Shown here: positions 53,039-64,000 of the stretch, piece by piece
Numbering within the stretch: the stretch's first letter is position 1
Layout: every line of letters begins with the position of its first letter
Source of the DNA: Anolis carolinensis
Taxonomy: Eukaryota
Length of the DNA: 64,000 nt
Assembly: GCF_035594765.1 (NCBI RefSeq)
Contig: NC_085841.1
Coordinates: 338,777,402 to 338,841,401, forward strand
Reading direction: 5' to 3'
Translations under genes and position numbers: made by a program
Notes under the pieces: generated by a model
Databases searched by the model: none
The model's input: only the letters and a program-made list of their open reading frames with translations
What the model was told of the DNA's origin: nothing

Positions 53039-56000
53039 TTATGCCCCCTTCCCCCTTCCCATATCATAAACTAGGGTTGTTTCCGCAACAAGAACATGTG
53101 TGGCAGGAATAACAGGAAAAACAGAGGAAAATAATTTAACTCCTTCAACCCACCCTCCACCACTATAAAATAGACCTCTCTTTAGCGCCCCTAGTGGCCC
53201 CTGCCTGGATAATGGAACAGTACCGTTTACAAAAACCTAAGTGCCCCTGTGCTGAATAGAACATACTTCCAGATTGACATCCATCAGGCAACAAACCTAG
53301 GCTTCAAGTCTATACCCATTTCTTTGGGAGTGAGTTCCATTGAACTTTATTTGGCTTATTTCTGAATAGACATGTAAAGTGGGCTTTTAAAAACAATTAA
53401 AACTTCCATCAGTTGAGCATGTGTCTCCAATTTCTTCTATAGATTTTATTGCCTGCGCCCTACTCACTGCTTCCTTTACATTCATAAAACCAATTATTGT
53501 GAATACACCCCATGGAATAAAGTAGGATTTACTTCACAGTAAATCTGAAATTGATTGTGCTCTTCATTAATTTTCATCTTAACATCTCCAGTTCTTTTTA
53601 CTTGTGTAGATGTGTCCACCTTGATTTGCATTTGAGATGATTTCATTCTCATATGAACAGCTTACATCACAGAACCATAGGTCCTTATCAGACAGTCAGG
53701 GGTAAAGCGGGGGACAGTGGAGAAAAATGCGGGGCAGTGGAGAGAACCATTACTCAGTTATGGAAAGTCACCGGGTGATCTTAGACTAGTCACACTCTTT
53801 CAGCCACAAAAAGCAGAGGCAAGCCCCCTCTGAACAAATTTTTGCCAATAAACACTTGTTAAGAGTCAGCAATGACTTGAATATGCACCAGAAAAGAACA
53901 ACAGTAACTGTTTTATCAACTACTGACAATAAATAAAAGGAAAACAACAAATGAAGGAGCAGCAAATAATAACAAAAAAGAAACAGCATAAAAGAATGAA
54001 AAAATATTTCTAGCCCGATTGATTTAACTGTAATTCATTTCTTCCAAGTCTATGTGCACAACAAATGTTATTAAAATGTCAACCTCCGGAAATACTTTTC
54101 AAAATACCATTACTTGGTCCTCTAAAAAGCCCATCCTAAAGGTAGCTTTAATTTGTCCGAGAATTAGTTTCCATAGTTCAAATGGTACCAATGTATTTGC
54201 TATTTTTACACAACATAAATGACCTGCTTTCGTAATGCCTACAAATAAAGACTAAGGACATACTCCCAAAATATTTTCTTTCCAATGCAAGAAAGCTTTT
54301 GAAGCCAATTTACAATTTGAGATTTATTATATGTGAATTTACATATGCTTGCTTTAAAGAGAAAAGAGCATTTTCTGTGTAGGGGATCATATTCCTGCAG
54401 AAAATCCTGCTTCCTAAGCAGAAAATGTTGTTTTCTATGTAAATCACCCACATGTGAATGTTCCACATAATAAGTCCCCAATTACAAAATTTTATCACAG
54501 GAAACACCTTTTGCTGTAAAGTAAACAATATTTTTGCATTAACTATGCAGAAAGTACCGTTTTCTGCGCAAAACAACCATATGTGAATTTTGTGCAGAAG
54601 TAGACCACAGCTACAATGGTTCTTGTCAGTCCAAATTTCTTCTCACTGGGGTTTTCCAACAGATTATTGATATGCAATTTGTTTGTAAACCAGGATAAAC
54701 AAAATAAACATGACCATAGATATATGCTATTTCTTCTTGCAAGCAGAAATAGCAACCATGTATACATATATCTCTCCATAACATCTACTAGAATCTACCT
54801 GAGCTGTGATATTTTAAAATTTTGCATTTGCTTGTTTTCCTTAACAGCTGAGTATGCACAGAAAAAGCACACAATAGAACCCCAAATGTTTTCAAAAGGT
54901 ACTGAGTCCATCTGAACAAATTTTCCATGAATCTAAAAAATATGTTGCATTATTTTGCTATTAAATGCAATTTTCCAAGCCCTGTACCAAAGAAATTAGA
55001 TAAATTTTGATAGTTTTGATCTGAACGTATTCTACCCTTGGCCAACAATGTGCTGCCACCCATTTTTCATTTTTTTTTTTGAGATTTGATACCGTTTGGA
55101 AACAAACTCCACAAATCGAATTTCTAGTTCCAACTAGAATAGAGAAACATTTACATAAGTTCCATTGATTCTATAGATCTATCCAACTCATCATTGCTAA
55201 AAATGGTCTTTAAGTCATTGTGACAGTAGAAAGCTGAGATTTGCTGTTGTTGATCTGCATTTCTAAACATTCCTCTCTATTGGCTGTGAAAATTAGGTTT
55301 CCTGGAAATCACAATCCAGTGATATCCATAGGGCCATACAATTCTTAACCCTCCATTACAACACGAGGCAATTCCTACTAGATGTTACAATGGATTATTT
55401 CTACTCTGGCAACCGAAAGACAGCTATGAAGAATCTGTAATGTAAAATAAATTATAAGAATTTAAAAAACTAGAATAGTAGAACAGGACTTAAACCTAAC
55501 AGAGTGAAAAAATGGTAATTTATTCAAGAATGTATGTCATAGCTCATCAATAGCAGAGGCAGCTTGCAAGTGAAACTATCAACCACCTCCAATGAAATGT
55601 AGATGAATCCTTCAGATAGCTGTGTCTTGTGTCCATTTTCTCCATGCCTGACTGTGGGGTGAATCGATCCCATTTATAGCCAAACACATTCAGTGAACTT
55701 CCAAGGCACATCATATTGGATCCACCTTGATCCTTGATTTACAAGTAAATCCATCTATTTACTTCTATTAGCAAATAAAGGAGCCAAGTGCAACTTACAA
55801 CCTGTCATTAAGAGAAATTGAAATGCTAGAGTGCTGTAATGGTTAGAGTTGGACTCAGTCATGTATTATAGCTGGTAGCTGTATTTTGCATAATTAATTT
55901 GAAATTTTAAGGCCCTGAGATGAGTATTAGTATCAAATGAATAAATCAATGTTTTGAATACCAGAAAATGAATATAGTGCTGTAATGGGTATAAGGGAAA

Positions 56001-58699
56001 TGCCTATAGCTCTGGACATTACATTTCTGACCATTCACCCAGTTAGCCAGACATACCATCACCAAAGATTTTAAAAAGAAGCCAGGAAGGCTTATGCCCA
56101 AATCTATTTAATTAGTAAAATAAATTTTTATTTATGCTGTGGCAGGAAGCCAGTCCAGTGCTTTGTCCCTCTTTGGGAGAAGGTAAGGATCACCAGGTGT
56201 AATATTAACAGAGAATGAGCTGACAATTAATGCACACCTATAAACCTCAATTATCATTTGCCTATAACTAAAGACCAATTAAATGTAAATATGTAAATGT
56301 ATTCCATTGGTGCTTGACATTTTTTTCTTCTGAATTCTGTTAGGAGTAACACTGATTGTCATATAGTATTATTCCCTGCATTTTCAAGAGGGAAAAAAAT
56401 GGCACACAACCAAGCTGTTGCTACAGAGTCCTTTAGCCATCTCACATTATACAACTATAGTGCTATGTTTCCTATTTACCTATCATGGTGCATAATATGG
56501 AATCCTTTTGCAATTTGGTGCCGCACTAGAACAATCTGCTGAGACTTCATAAATTGTTGTTGTGTGCCTTCACATTTCTGAATTATGGCAAACCCAAGGC
56601 AAATCTTTCATGGGTATTTAACCAGATTTATTCAAAGGGGGTTTGCCTTTGCCTTCCTCTGAGGCTGAATGTGTTATTTTTTTTCAAGATCACCCAGTGA
56701 GTTTCCATGGCCGATGGGCAGATTTAAGACTTGGCTATCCAGGCCCCATCTACACTGTCATATAATGCAGTGTGAAACTGCATTCCATGGTTAATGTAGA
56801 CTAATAAATTGCAGTTTAATGCAGTTAAGCTGTATTATATGAGTCTACTCTGACCATATAATGCAGTTTCAAACTGTACTTCCTTTCTTACGTAATTCTA
56901 AATGCCGCTCCTTAAACTTAAATTCTTCGGACTCCATTGGATGGGACCATAAAAGGATCCCTAGAAAAAAGCAGATAGAGAGCTGCACATCAGAAAAAAT
57001 TGCCCCCTCCCTTGAAATTTGCTCAGTATTCTACCCGCTTTTCGTTCCTTTTTTCTAAACCTCATGTGGCAACTTTCAACTTACCTTGTTCCCTGATGGA
57101 TTCCAAAAGTTGTGGTCCTCAAAATAGTAATGTCTCCAGTCTTGATGCTAGTAGTGATGCAGTCAACTCAAAAACTGCATTCTTCCTTATTATCTAATCT
57201 AGGCAACTAGGCAATGGATGCTTATTCTTGTGGCAGCTTCCTCTGGGAGCAGATAATTTTGTTGACAATATGCTTTGGACTCACTGAAACACACTTTTGA
57301 TAGTGAATTAACTTCTTACAGCATTTTAGCTGCTCCCTTTTAGTAGCCCCTAGTATACTCCCTCGGAATTATCTCCCTAATTAAAAATAAAAGGCGGAAG
57401 CCAAAATGTCTAATTGTGGGCATTTTCCTGGCTACTCAATATATGATGCTCAGAGAAAAAAACATTTGAAAGGATTAAGCCTTTAAAACCTCAGATTGGT
57501 GTGATTAGTACTTTGCCTAGCTATTTCTCCCCTCTCAAAATTATCACATAAACAGTGCATGTTAAGAAGATGTCATTCCTAGTATCTGATTGCAGAGTGA
57601 AGTTCAATGCATTGTGCAAGAATTGCCAGCTGCCCATCTTTAACACATCTATAGACTGCAAAGGTGGAAGAAGAGAGTAGCTCTCCTAGCCTTTGTTGTT
57701 GTTTTTTTAAGTAGATGTTTCAAGCATCACCTTTCGTGTTAAAGATCAAGTTTGTAAAACATTGCTCAATGTCCATGATTCAACCACATTCTAGATTAAA
57801 CACTTTCATTGTTTTACCTTAAACACAGGTAAAAGATTGGCAGCCCATATTCTGACGTTGGCCTTCAAGACCTTTGTGTCTGGCCCACAGTTCCAAGTAT
57901 CTCCTTTGGTTGTGCATCAGTAAGAACTATGCCAAATATTACAGTTGGTCATCCATATCCATGGATTCTGCATCCATGAATTCCAACATTCACAGTTTAA
58001 AAATATTGCCACTTTTTCTGAACACCAAAAATTGATTTTTCCATTTATATAGGGGACACCATTTTCCTATATCAGTGTGTAGGGACTTGAGTATCCACTG
58101 ATTTTGGTATCCTTGGGAGAAGGGGAGGTCCTGGAATCAGAAACAAGTTTTTTATCTTCATATGCCTCTCAAGAAGAGCCAATTCCCATCACATATTAAT
58201 GTCACCAATAAACAGGATAAGCCTTTGTAGATAATACACAGAATTTTACAGGCATAGGTGCTTGGTTCTCAGTCCCCTATGAAAATCACAATCCCTCACT
58301 CGATACCGTGAGACTAGGAAAAAAGAAAGGACACTGGTTTAACAGTTGCAGTAGAAAAGCCTCACATACCAAGAAGAATCTATACCCATCACTCTGTCAA
58401 AGTCATCTACTCAAATTGTCCCACATCCAATCTACTTGGGACAGAGGATGAGGTCAAAAAATAACCATGTTGCATACTGGCAGCCAACAGACATGGTTAC
58501 AGAATTTAGCAATATGGTTCCATGTTAATAGCCATGGCTACATGCTGTGGGATCCCGGGTTTTTGGTTTGGCAAACACAGTAGAACTGTCTGGCAGAGAA
58601 CTCTATGTACTTCTTAAACTGCAAATCCCTGGATTCCACAGAGTGAAACCATACCAGGTAGAATGGCACCACAGTGCTATAATTCTTTGGTGTGAAAAT

Positions 58700-59169
58700 T
58701 GTCAGGGTATTGTGTATTGTGAAATGTTAAAATCAATCTGGGTTATTAGAAATGCCTTATGTGTTAGTTTTTCGGCAAGGCATTTCAGCAGTTATGGAGT
58801 TAATGAGAGTCTGCTATGATTGATGTATCACAGGACCAATGGGGTCAAGTTTGTTTTGACCGGGACTTCCTTTCTTGTCCTGTGGAATGCAGAGGAGTTT
58901 CCTGAAGAGCAGCGTTGAGCAGTGTGTGTGCATGCATGAGTTCGCTTCGGCAACAGCGCTCTTGGAGAGAAGGACTGATTTGCTCTGTTTGTATATAGAA
59001 ATGTAAATAAAAGTTTATTGCTGTTGGATTTCCAACCGAACCCTCATCTGCTGGAGTGTGTTTGTCCAGTGCTGTTTTTCCACATGGGAAACAGTCTGGA
59101 GAGAAGGAGGTGAAGACCGGGATGGTGAATTTTTGGATTTCACTCTGCTACCCATCATCCCCGCTGACA
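58700..59169 (+). mobile_element. Solo LTR 3 (470 bp), inserted in a Harbinger-like MITE
   Basis: TGTCAG...CTGACA termini, near-TSD AAAAT / AAAAG, CCAAT box, AATAAA at 59005-59010. Confidence 0.75.
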
Positions 59170-59309
59170 AAAAGGCCCTTAGCATCAACCAAGCTGTCTT
59201 AGGGGTATTGTTTTGACAAATTATGCTTGACTAAGATTATGAAAAAGTATATAAAATGTTGCAATAGATTTTGTCCATTTTGAACATTCAGGGGCAAAAG
59301 AGTACAGTA

Positions 59310-59627
59310 CAGATTGAGCATATTTTATCCAGAATTCAAAAAACTCAAAAATTCAAAATGGCCCACATAGTAGCTGAGATAGTTACACATTTGCTTTCTG
59401 ATAGTTCAATGTACACAAACTTTGTTTCATGCACTAAACTATTAAATATGTTGTGTATAAAACTACCTTCAGGCGAAGTGTATAAGGTGTATATGAAACA
59501 TAATAAATTTTGTGTTCAGACCTGGATTTCATCTCCAAGGTATTTCATTATGTACATGCAATTTTTTTTTAAATCAAAACTGGAAATGCTTATCCCAAGC
59601 ATTTCAGAAAAGGAATGCTAAATTTGT
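59310..59627. mobile_element. Tigger-like MITE, degenerate
   Basis: tacagattgagcat..ttatcc start and cccaagcatttcaga..aagg end; related fragments near 7205-7258 and 63745-63830. Confidence 0.6.
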
Positions 59628-61244
59628 TTTTAAAAGAATGCCTCCTGAATCATATCGGAAGGATTGTTTAAACTTATGTGGGCTTCCACATGTGTTCAAA
59701 GTATGTTTCCCTTTCAAATGAGCACCAGTAATGCACCACACACTTTCTCAAGCACATAAACATACACAGGAGTCCAGCATTGTATGTATTTCCCATTGAT
59801 TAACTTTCTCACAGCCTCTTCATTTAACATTCATTTTGAAGTTAAAACAATTTGTGCTTTCTGTGTCCACACAGCAATGATATGACAGTGAATATAAAAC
59901 ATGTGATTTTTTTCCGCTTGCCATTTGGTTTGAGAAAAAGAATGAGATATTCCTTAGGTTCTGAGGGAGGGGAGGATGGAAGAAAGGAAAGCTAAAGAAA
60001 CAGGAAAGAAATGTAAAACTTAAGGGAGCATATTTGTTAAAATATGTGATTCAACAGTTGCACAATTATGATGTTATTAATGGCACTTAAAGCATTAAAA
60101 TATTTCATCACATTTTGTCATCATCTTCTTTGCGGAATTTAAGGTGACTTGTCTTTCTTCTTTAACCCTTCATGTTAAAAGGGACACAGAGCCCTGAGAT
60201 CTGAAAGTTGCCCTGCCCCTTTGACTTTACATTGTCTATGAACTTAACATCTACTACTTTCCTTCTTTTCTTTTTAAAGATTTACATCTTGCTACAGAGA
60301 ATAGCAAATGCTTGACAACATGCAAAGGCTTTGTTTTCTGTCTTCACAGAATTACAGCTTAAAAACTGAAGCTCCTCAGTAATACAAAGTGTGAACGCAA
60401 AAAAATTTAAAAAGGAAAGTGGCTCACTGCTTATTGAACCAAGCACAAGATTGTGATGTTTTCTTCTCCCATAAAAAGCAGCTTCTAAAGTTCTGAAGTT
60501 TATCCCCTAGTATTATTGAGTCCTATTTCATTTCCCCCTCTTTCTTCATTTGTCATGATAAGTATTCACAATGTGTTGTTTCCATGGGTTTTCTTTTCTT
60601 TCCCCTGTTAAAAAAGCATCCTGCACTATTTTCATCACTGTTTCCTTGGCATCCAGGTGGCTTCCTTATATGTGGGCACATTATTGTTTTTATGTTTTTG
60701 GATTACTGAAAGCTAATTCAGTGGTTTTAACATACATTGGGGGGACAATCATATTTGGATCCTAGATCAAACTATAAAGACTGCCTTATTGACCATTCAC
60801 CCCATAATTTTGCATTTTTATAAAAAGGGAGAGAAGAAATGTGTGATTCATTGCAAAGACACGCAGAGGCCTTCTTTCCTCACTACCCCAAATGCTCTTG
60901 CAAGATGTCTGACTCTGAACTCACACACACATTCCTGCCATTGCTGTTCACCTTCCAGCTGCATTACCATGGCACTTTTGAAGGACATACGTAGGCTGAT
61001 GCTGTCATATTCCACATTCAGGTGCCATTCTCCAGGGTTTTATCTGTGATTTCTTTTGGCAGAGCAAGCTTCGGTCATTATGGCACAGTGAAATATTCTA
61101 GGATGCTATGTAATTCAGACTGAATTTGGAGTCTGTTTAAGGCACGTGTCTTGATACATATATCTACCTAACTATCTATATACCATGTACATGTATAAAA
61201 AACTAACATTGGGTCTGCAGACAGTCAAAAGACAGATTTGACAT

Positions 61245-61865
61245 TTAATTCCTGTCTTCAAGTAATGATTTGTTTTCATGTTCCCTTTCTTTGGTTTCAC
61301 TGGGGATAATTCCATTCTCCAAACCCAAGTGTTGCTCAATACAGTCAGTGAGGACAGCAGTACTAGAGTGGTCCGAGTGACACCCTTTCTCAGAATCCTC
61401 CTCTTTCTTCTCTTCGTCCAAGGAGTAGTTCCGGAATGTCTCGTATATTTTCCGTACATCTTCCGGAATACACTTTTTAAGGTCTTTGTTTTTCCTCTTG
61501 GTCAACTTGGACGAAGAGCCAAATTTGTTGATGATGTTGTCCTCGGATGCCCCCTGCCCGTGCTTGGTCAACTGCTCTGATCCTTTAAGGCGCAAGTTGT
61601 TCGGTTTGCTGTTAATGCTTTCCTGAGATGAAGCCTTGAAGTGGCCGCTGTCCAAGGCAGCAAAGACGCAGCGCTTCTCTGGGGACAGCATGTCCAATGA
61701 ATGGGCTCTCTGGTCCAGACCAAGGCGCCGGCGCTCCATGCTACGGATGGTGGCTGCCCGTTGGAGCTTATCATGGATCTCCACACTCAACCGTCGGCGG
61801 GTTTCTCTGAACTCTGCAGTCACATTAGCCTTCCATTCAGCTGCATGGGCTTTTATTTCACCAAC
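61245..61865 (-). CDS. KCNK10: KCNK10 (TREK-2) last coding exon, cytoplasmic C-terminus
   Basis: Acceptor (ttgcaaag|GTTGGT), then [65 protein letters not shown]...SLLEDRN*. This matches the vertebrate TREK-2 C-terminus, including the RRRLS PKA site. 621 nt, phase 0, TAA stop at 61245-61247. Confidence 0.97.
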   Translation of the reverse strand, partial: VGEIKAHAAEWKANVTAEFRETRRRLSVEIHDKLQRAATIRSMERRRLGLDQRAHSLDMLSPEKRCVFAALDSGHFKASSQESINSKPNNLRLKGSEQLTKHGQGASEDNIINKFGSSSKLTKRKNKDLKKCIPEDVRKIYETFRNYSLDEEKKEEDSEKGCHSDHSSTAVLTDCIEQHLGLENGIIPSETKEREHENKSLLEDRN

Positions 61866-63408
61866 CTTTGCAAGAGGATTAATAAAGTTGAAAAAAGAGA
61901 GAAAGGAGGAAATCTTAAAATATTTGTCAATAACAACATATTAAAGAAGCACTTCTGATCAATTTTAAAAACTGGTTATTATCAGCCAGTTCATTTCCAA
62001 ATGGTTTTTGTCTACTTCCTGACTTCCATTAATACAATTTAAAGTAATGCATTTAGAGCTAAAAGGAAAACAACATGAGTCAAATGCCTCCTTTCTAGGA
62101 GCTATTAAAGGCATAGGAACTCCCTTTGGGCCCACTGTTATTGTAAAGCTCTAACATATAATTACAACATAATGCAAAGCATAAGGACTATTGTTATGTA
62201 GGGTACCTGATTTAAATAATAACTGGCAGAATAAGAGTAAATTGTACGTAATAGAAGAGGTAAATGTGCTTATATAGTAGCCTTCAATTATACATTGAGA
62301 TTCTTACTGCTGGTGTATTTTCTTGTTGCATAAAATGGATTTCCTGGAAACAGTCCTGGGAATACACATACACCCTTCTTCAAATGCTTTGATCATCAAA
62401 GTGCACTAAGTCAATTCATGGATCCTTTCTTTCACCTTATAGGATCAATGCTACAGTTCTACTAAGTGCCTCCAGACAGAATGCTGAAAGGCTCAAAAGC
62501 AATTTCAGTGGACTCAGTGATGAAGCTCTTTGTATCCCACCTTAACTGAAGAAAGACTGCTTGAAAGTGCGCAGAAGCCTCCTTTGTGGCCATTTCTACA
62601 CTTCAGAATTTTCTCCCAAGGGCTCCCAACCGGTCATCTTTCTTCTATTATCTTCTCCAGGTCTAAGAATGCCTCTTAATCTTCTGAGTTCAATTTAGTA
62701 TTGTTGATCTGGATGCATTTTAATGTTGCTGTTTCAATCTACAAGGATTGTCTTTGTTGTGCTGACAATGTGTACTTTACATTTAAATTGCCTTTAAAAC
62801 TTACTGTGAGCCATTCTGGGAATTGCTTTCAGCAGTGGAAGGGTAGGCTATGCGTTTTCTAAATCAAGGGTAGGGCACGTCTCATGTGGACTTCTCAAAG
62901 CTCCCTGGATTGATCTGATGGCATTACTATCAGCTCTCCACATTCGCTGGGTTTAGGGGCCAAGAACCTCCATGAAAGTGAAAAAATGCAAATAAACTGC
63001 TATTTTCTTACCTAAGAGAATTTCTAGGTCTTCCAGCATGACTTTATGGTCAACTTTCACTGGAAGACGGCCATAAAATCCCATTGAAGGACCTAGAAAG
63101 GTGTTCTCTCTGGAGGGTTTTCACAACAGAATCACATTGGAAAACACAGAGATTCCCAAAGAAAACATTTTAGTCAAATCTGTGAATAATAAAATCCAGA
63201 TAAGTCAAAGCCATAAATGAGGAGGTATGGCTGTATTTGCTTTGCCACCAGAAAATCAGTGGCACAACTTTCTGCTCAATTTCAGTAGAGTGACAGCAAG
63301 TTTCTAATCTCTCTTCTACATGAATGAGACCAAAAAATAATAATACTATTATTATTGCACCAATAAGCACAGAAAATCATGTGAAATCAATCATTTTTCA
63401 GTAATTAC

Positions 63409-63551
63409 CTCTTCTTTAGTCTTCTTTGAAATAACCCGTAACCAATCTCCAATCATGCTGAGGACAGCAGCAAAGTAGGCAAGGCCTACAAGAATCCAGA
63501 ACCACACCAAGGGCTTATACCACTCCCGGTAAGGGATTTCAGCATTTCCTC
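63409..63551 (-). CDS. KCNK10: KCNK10 penultimate coding exon (M4 transmembrane helix)
   Basis: 143-nt exon bounded by AG and GT, encoding (G)[47 protein letters not shown]. It ends in phase 0 and joins the last exon in frame. It is not in the ORF track. Confidence 0.96.
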
Positions 63552-63974
63552 CTTTAGATGAAGAAGGGAGAAAACCAAAGAATAAAATTTGATAACTATT
63601 CAGGAATTATTTTGATGCAGACACATTTCAAGATGCAATCACACACTCTATTTTTTCTGTTTGTAGTACACTCCCCTGTCCTCAAAATTATGGGTGTTCA
63701 AATGACACTTCATCATATTATGCTGTTTCCCCTGAGTAAATTTATAGAGGTTGAATATCCTTTATCTGGAATTCTGAAATCCAAAATACTTCAAAATCCA
63801 CAATTGTCCACATGAGTGGCTGAAATAATAAAACCTGCATGTAAGCGTGCACATGTTTATTTTTTGAAACTGCCAACCAATGCAAAATCCTGTCCAGGTC
63901 CACTCAGAAGTCAACTCCATTGAGTTAAATGGGTTTTATACTGAAATAAGTAATTACAGGATTATACACATGTA

Positions 63975-64000
63975 CAGTAGAGTCTCAATTATCCAACATA
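63975..64000. mobile_element. Tc1/mariner MITE family A, copy 5 (cut by the window edge, in a KCNK10 intron)
   Basis: TA-CAGTAGAGTCTCAATTATCCAACATA. Confidence 0.8.

Larger units (their letters stand above)
52034..53220. mobile_element. TA-flanked palindromic MITE (arms about 52034-52148 and 53108-53220) interrupted by solo LTR 2
   Basis: The left arm ctgttctataatcaaggcagaggccactagggggcacc..ttgaaggag..ctgtttttgctggttat matches the reverse complement of the right arm. Confidence 0.8.

Noticed and set aside
58862-58870. GGGACTTCC, an NF-kB-like site in LTR 3
   Set aside because: A single short motif with no supporting evidence.
58700-59169. LTR-encoded ORF like those in LTR 1 and LTR 2
   Set aside because: The equivalent frame hits TAA after nine codons and has no RRSxR motif.
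1-61200. GPR65 or another neighbouring gene expected from mammalian synteny
   Set aside because: No GPCR-like ORF or convincing exon is seen; the short ORFs are TE antisense frames or random.
61278-61958. Plus-strand ORFs overlapping the KCNK10 exon
   Set aside because: Antisense shadows of a coding exon, with no independent support.

Overview
This is eukaryotic, vertebrate DNA, almost certainly from a squamate lizard. The repeat complement is typical of Anolis: young CR1, L2, RTE/Bov-B, R4/Dong, Penelope, Sauria-like SINEs, and hAT, Tc1-mariner and Harbinger MITEs. The only host gene I can support is the 3' end of KCNK10 (TREK-2 two-pore K+ channel) on the minus strand: the penultimate coding exon (63409-63551) and the last coding exon (61245-61865). 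The rest (about 1-61,200) is 3' UTR or intergenic sequence full of transposable elements, with one assembly gap (45991-46120). Most ORFs in the track are spurious or TE-derived. Five observations stand out. (1) Two solo LTRs with no obvious DNA similarity each carry an ORF in the same phase from the LTR start, encoding an acidic peptide with a DEE...FP segment and an RRSxR(L/I)A motif; this is a candidate chromatin-tethering tail of LTR-retrotransposon Pol. (2) A palindromic MITE has CTCF-type motifs in its arms. (3) Two Penelope ends carry minimal hammerhead ribozyme cores. (4) A solo LTR with a bidirectional polyA signal lies about 2.2 kb downstream of the KCNK10 stop codon. (5) An L2 > CR1 > L2-tail nest retains readable target-site duplications (TSDs). 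All family assignments are by eye, without database searches, and boundaries without a TSD are approximate.
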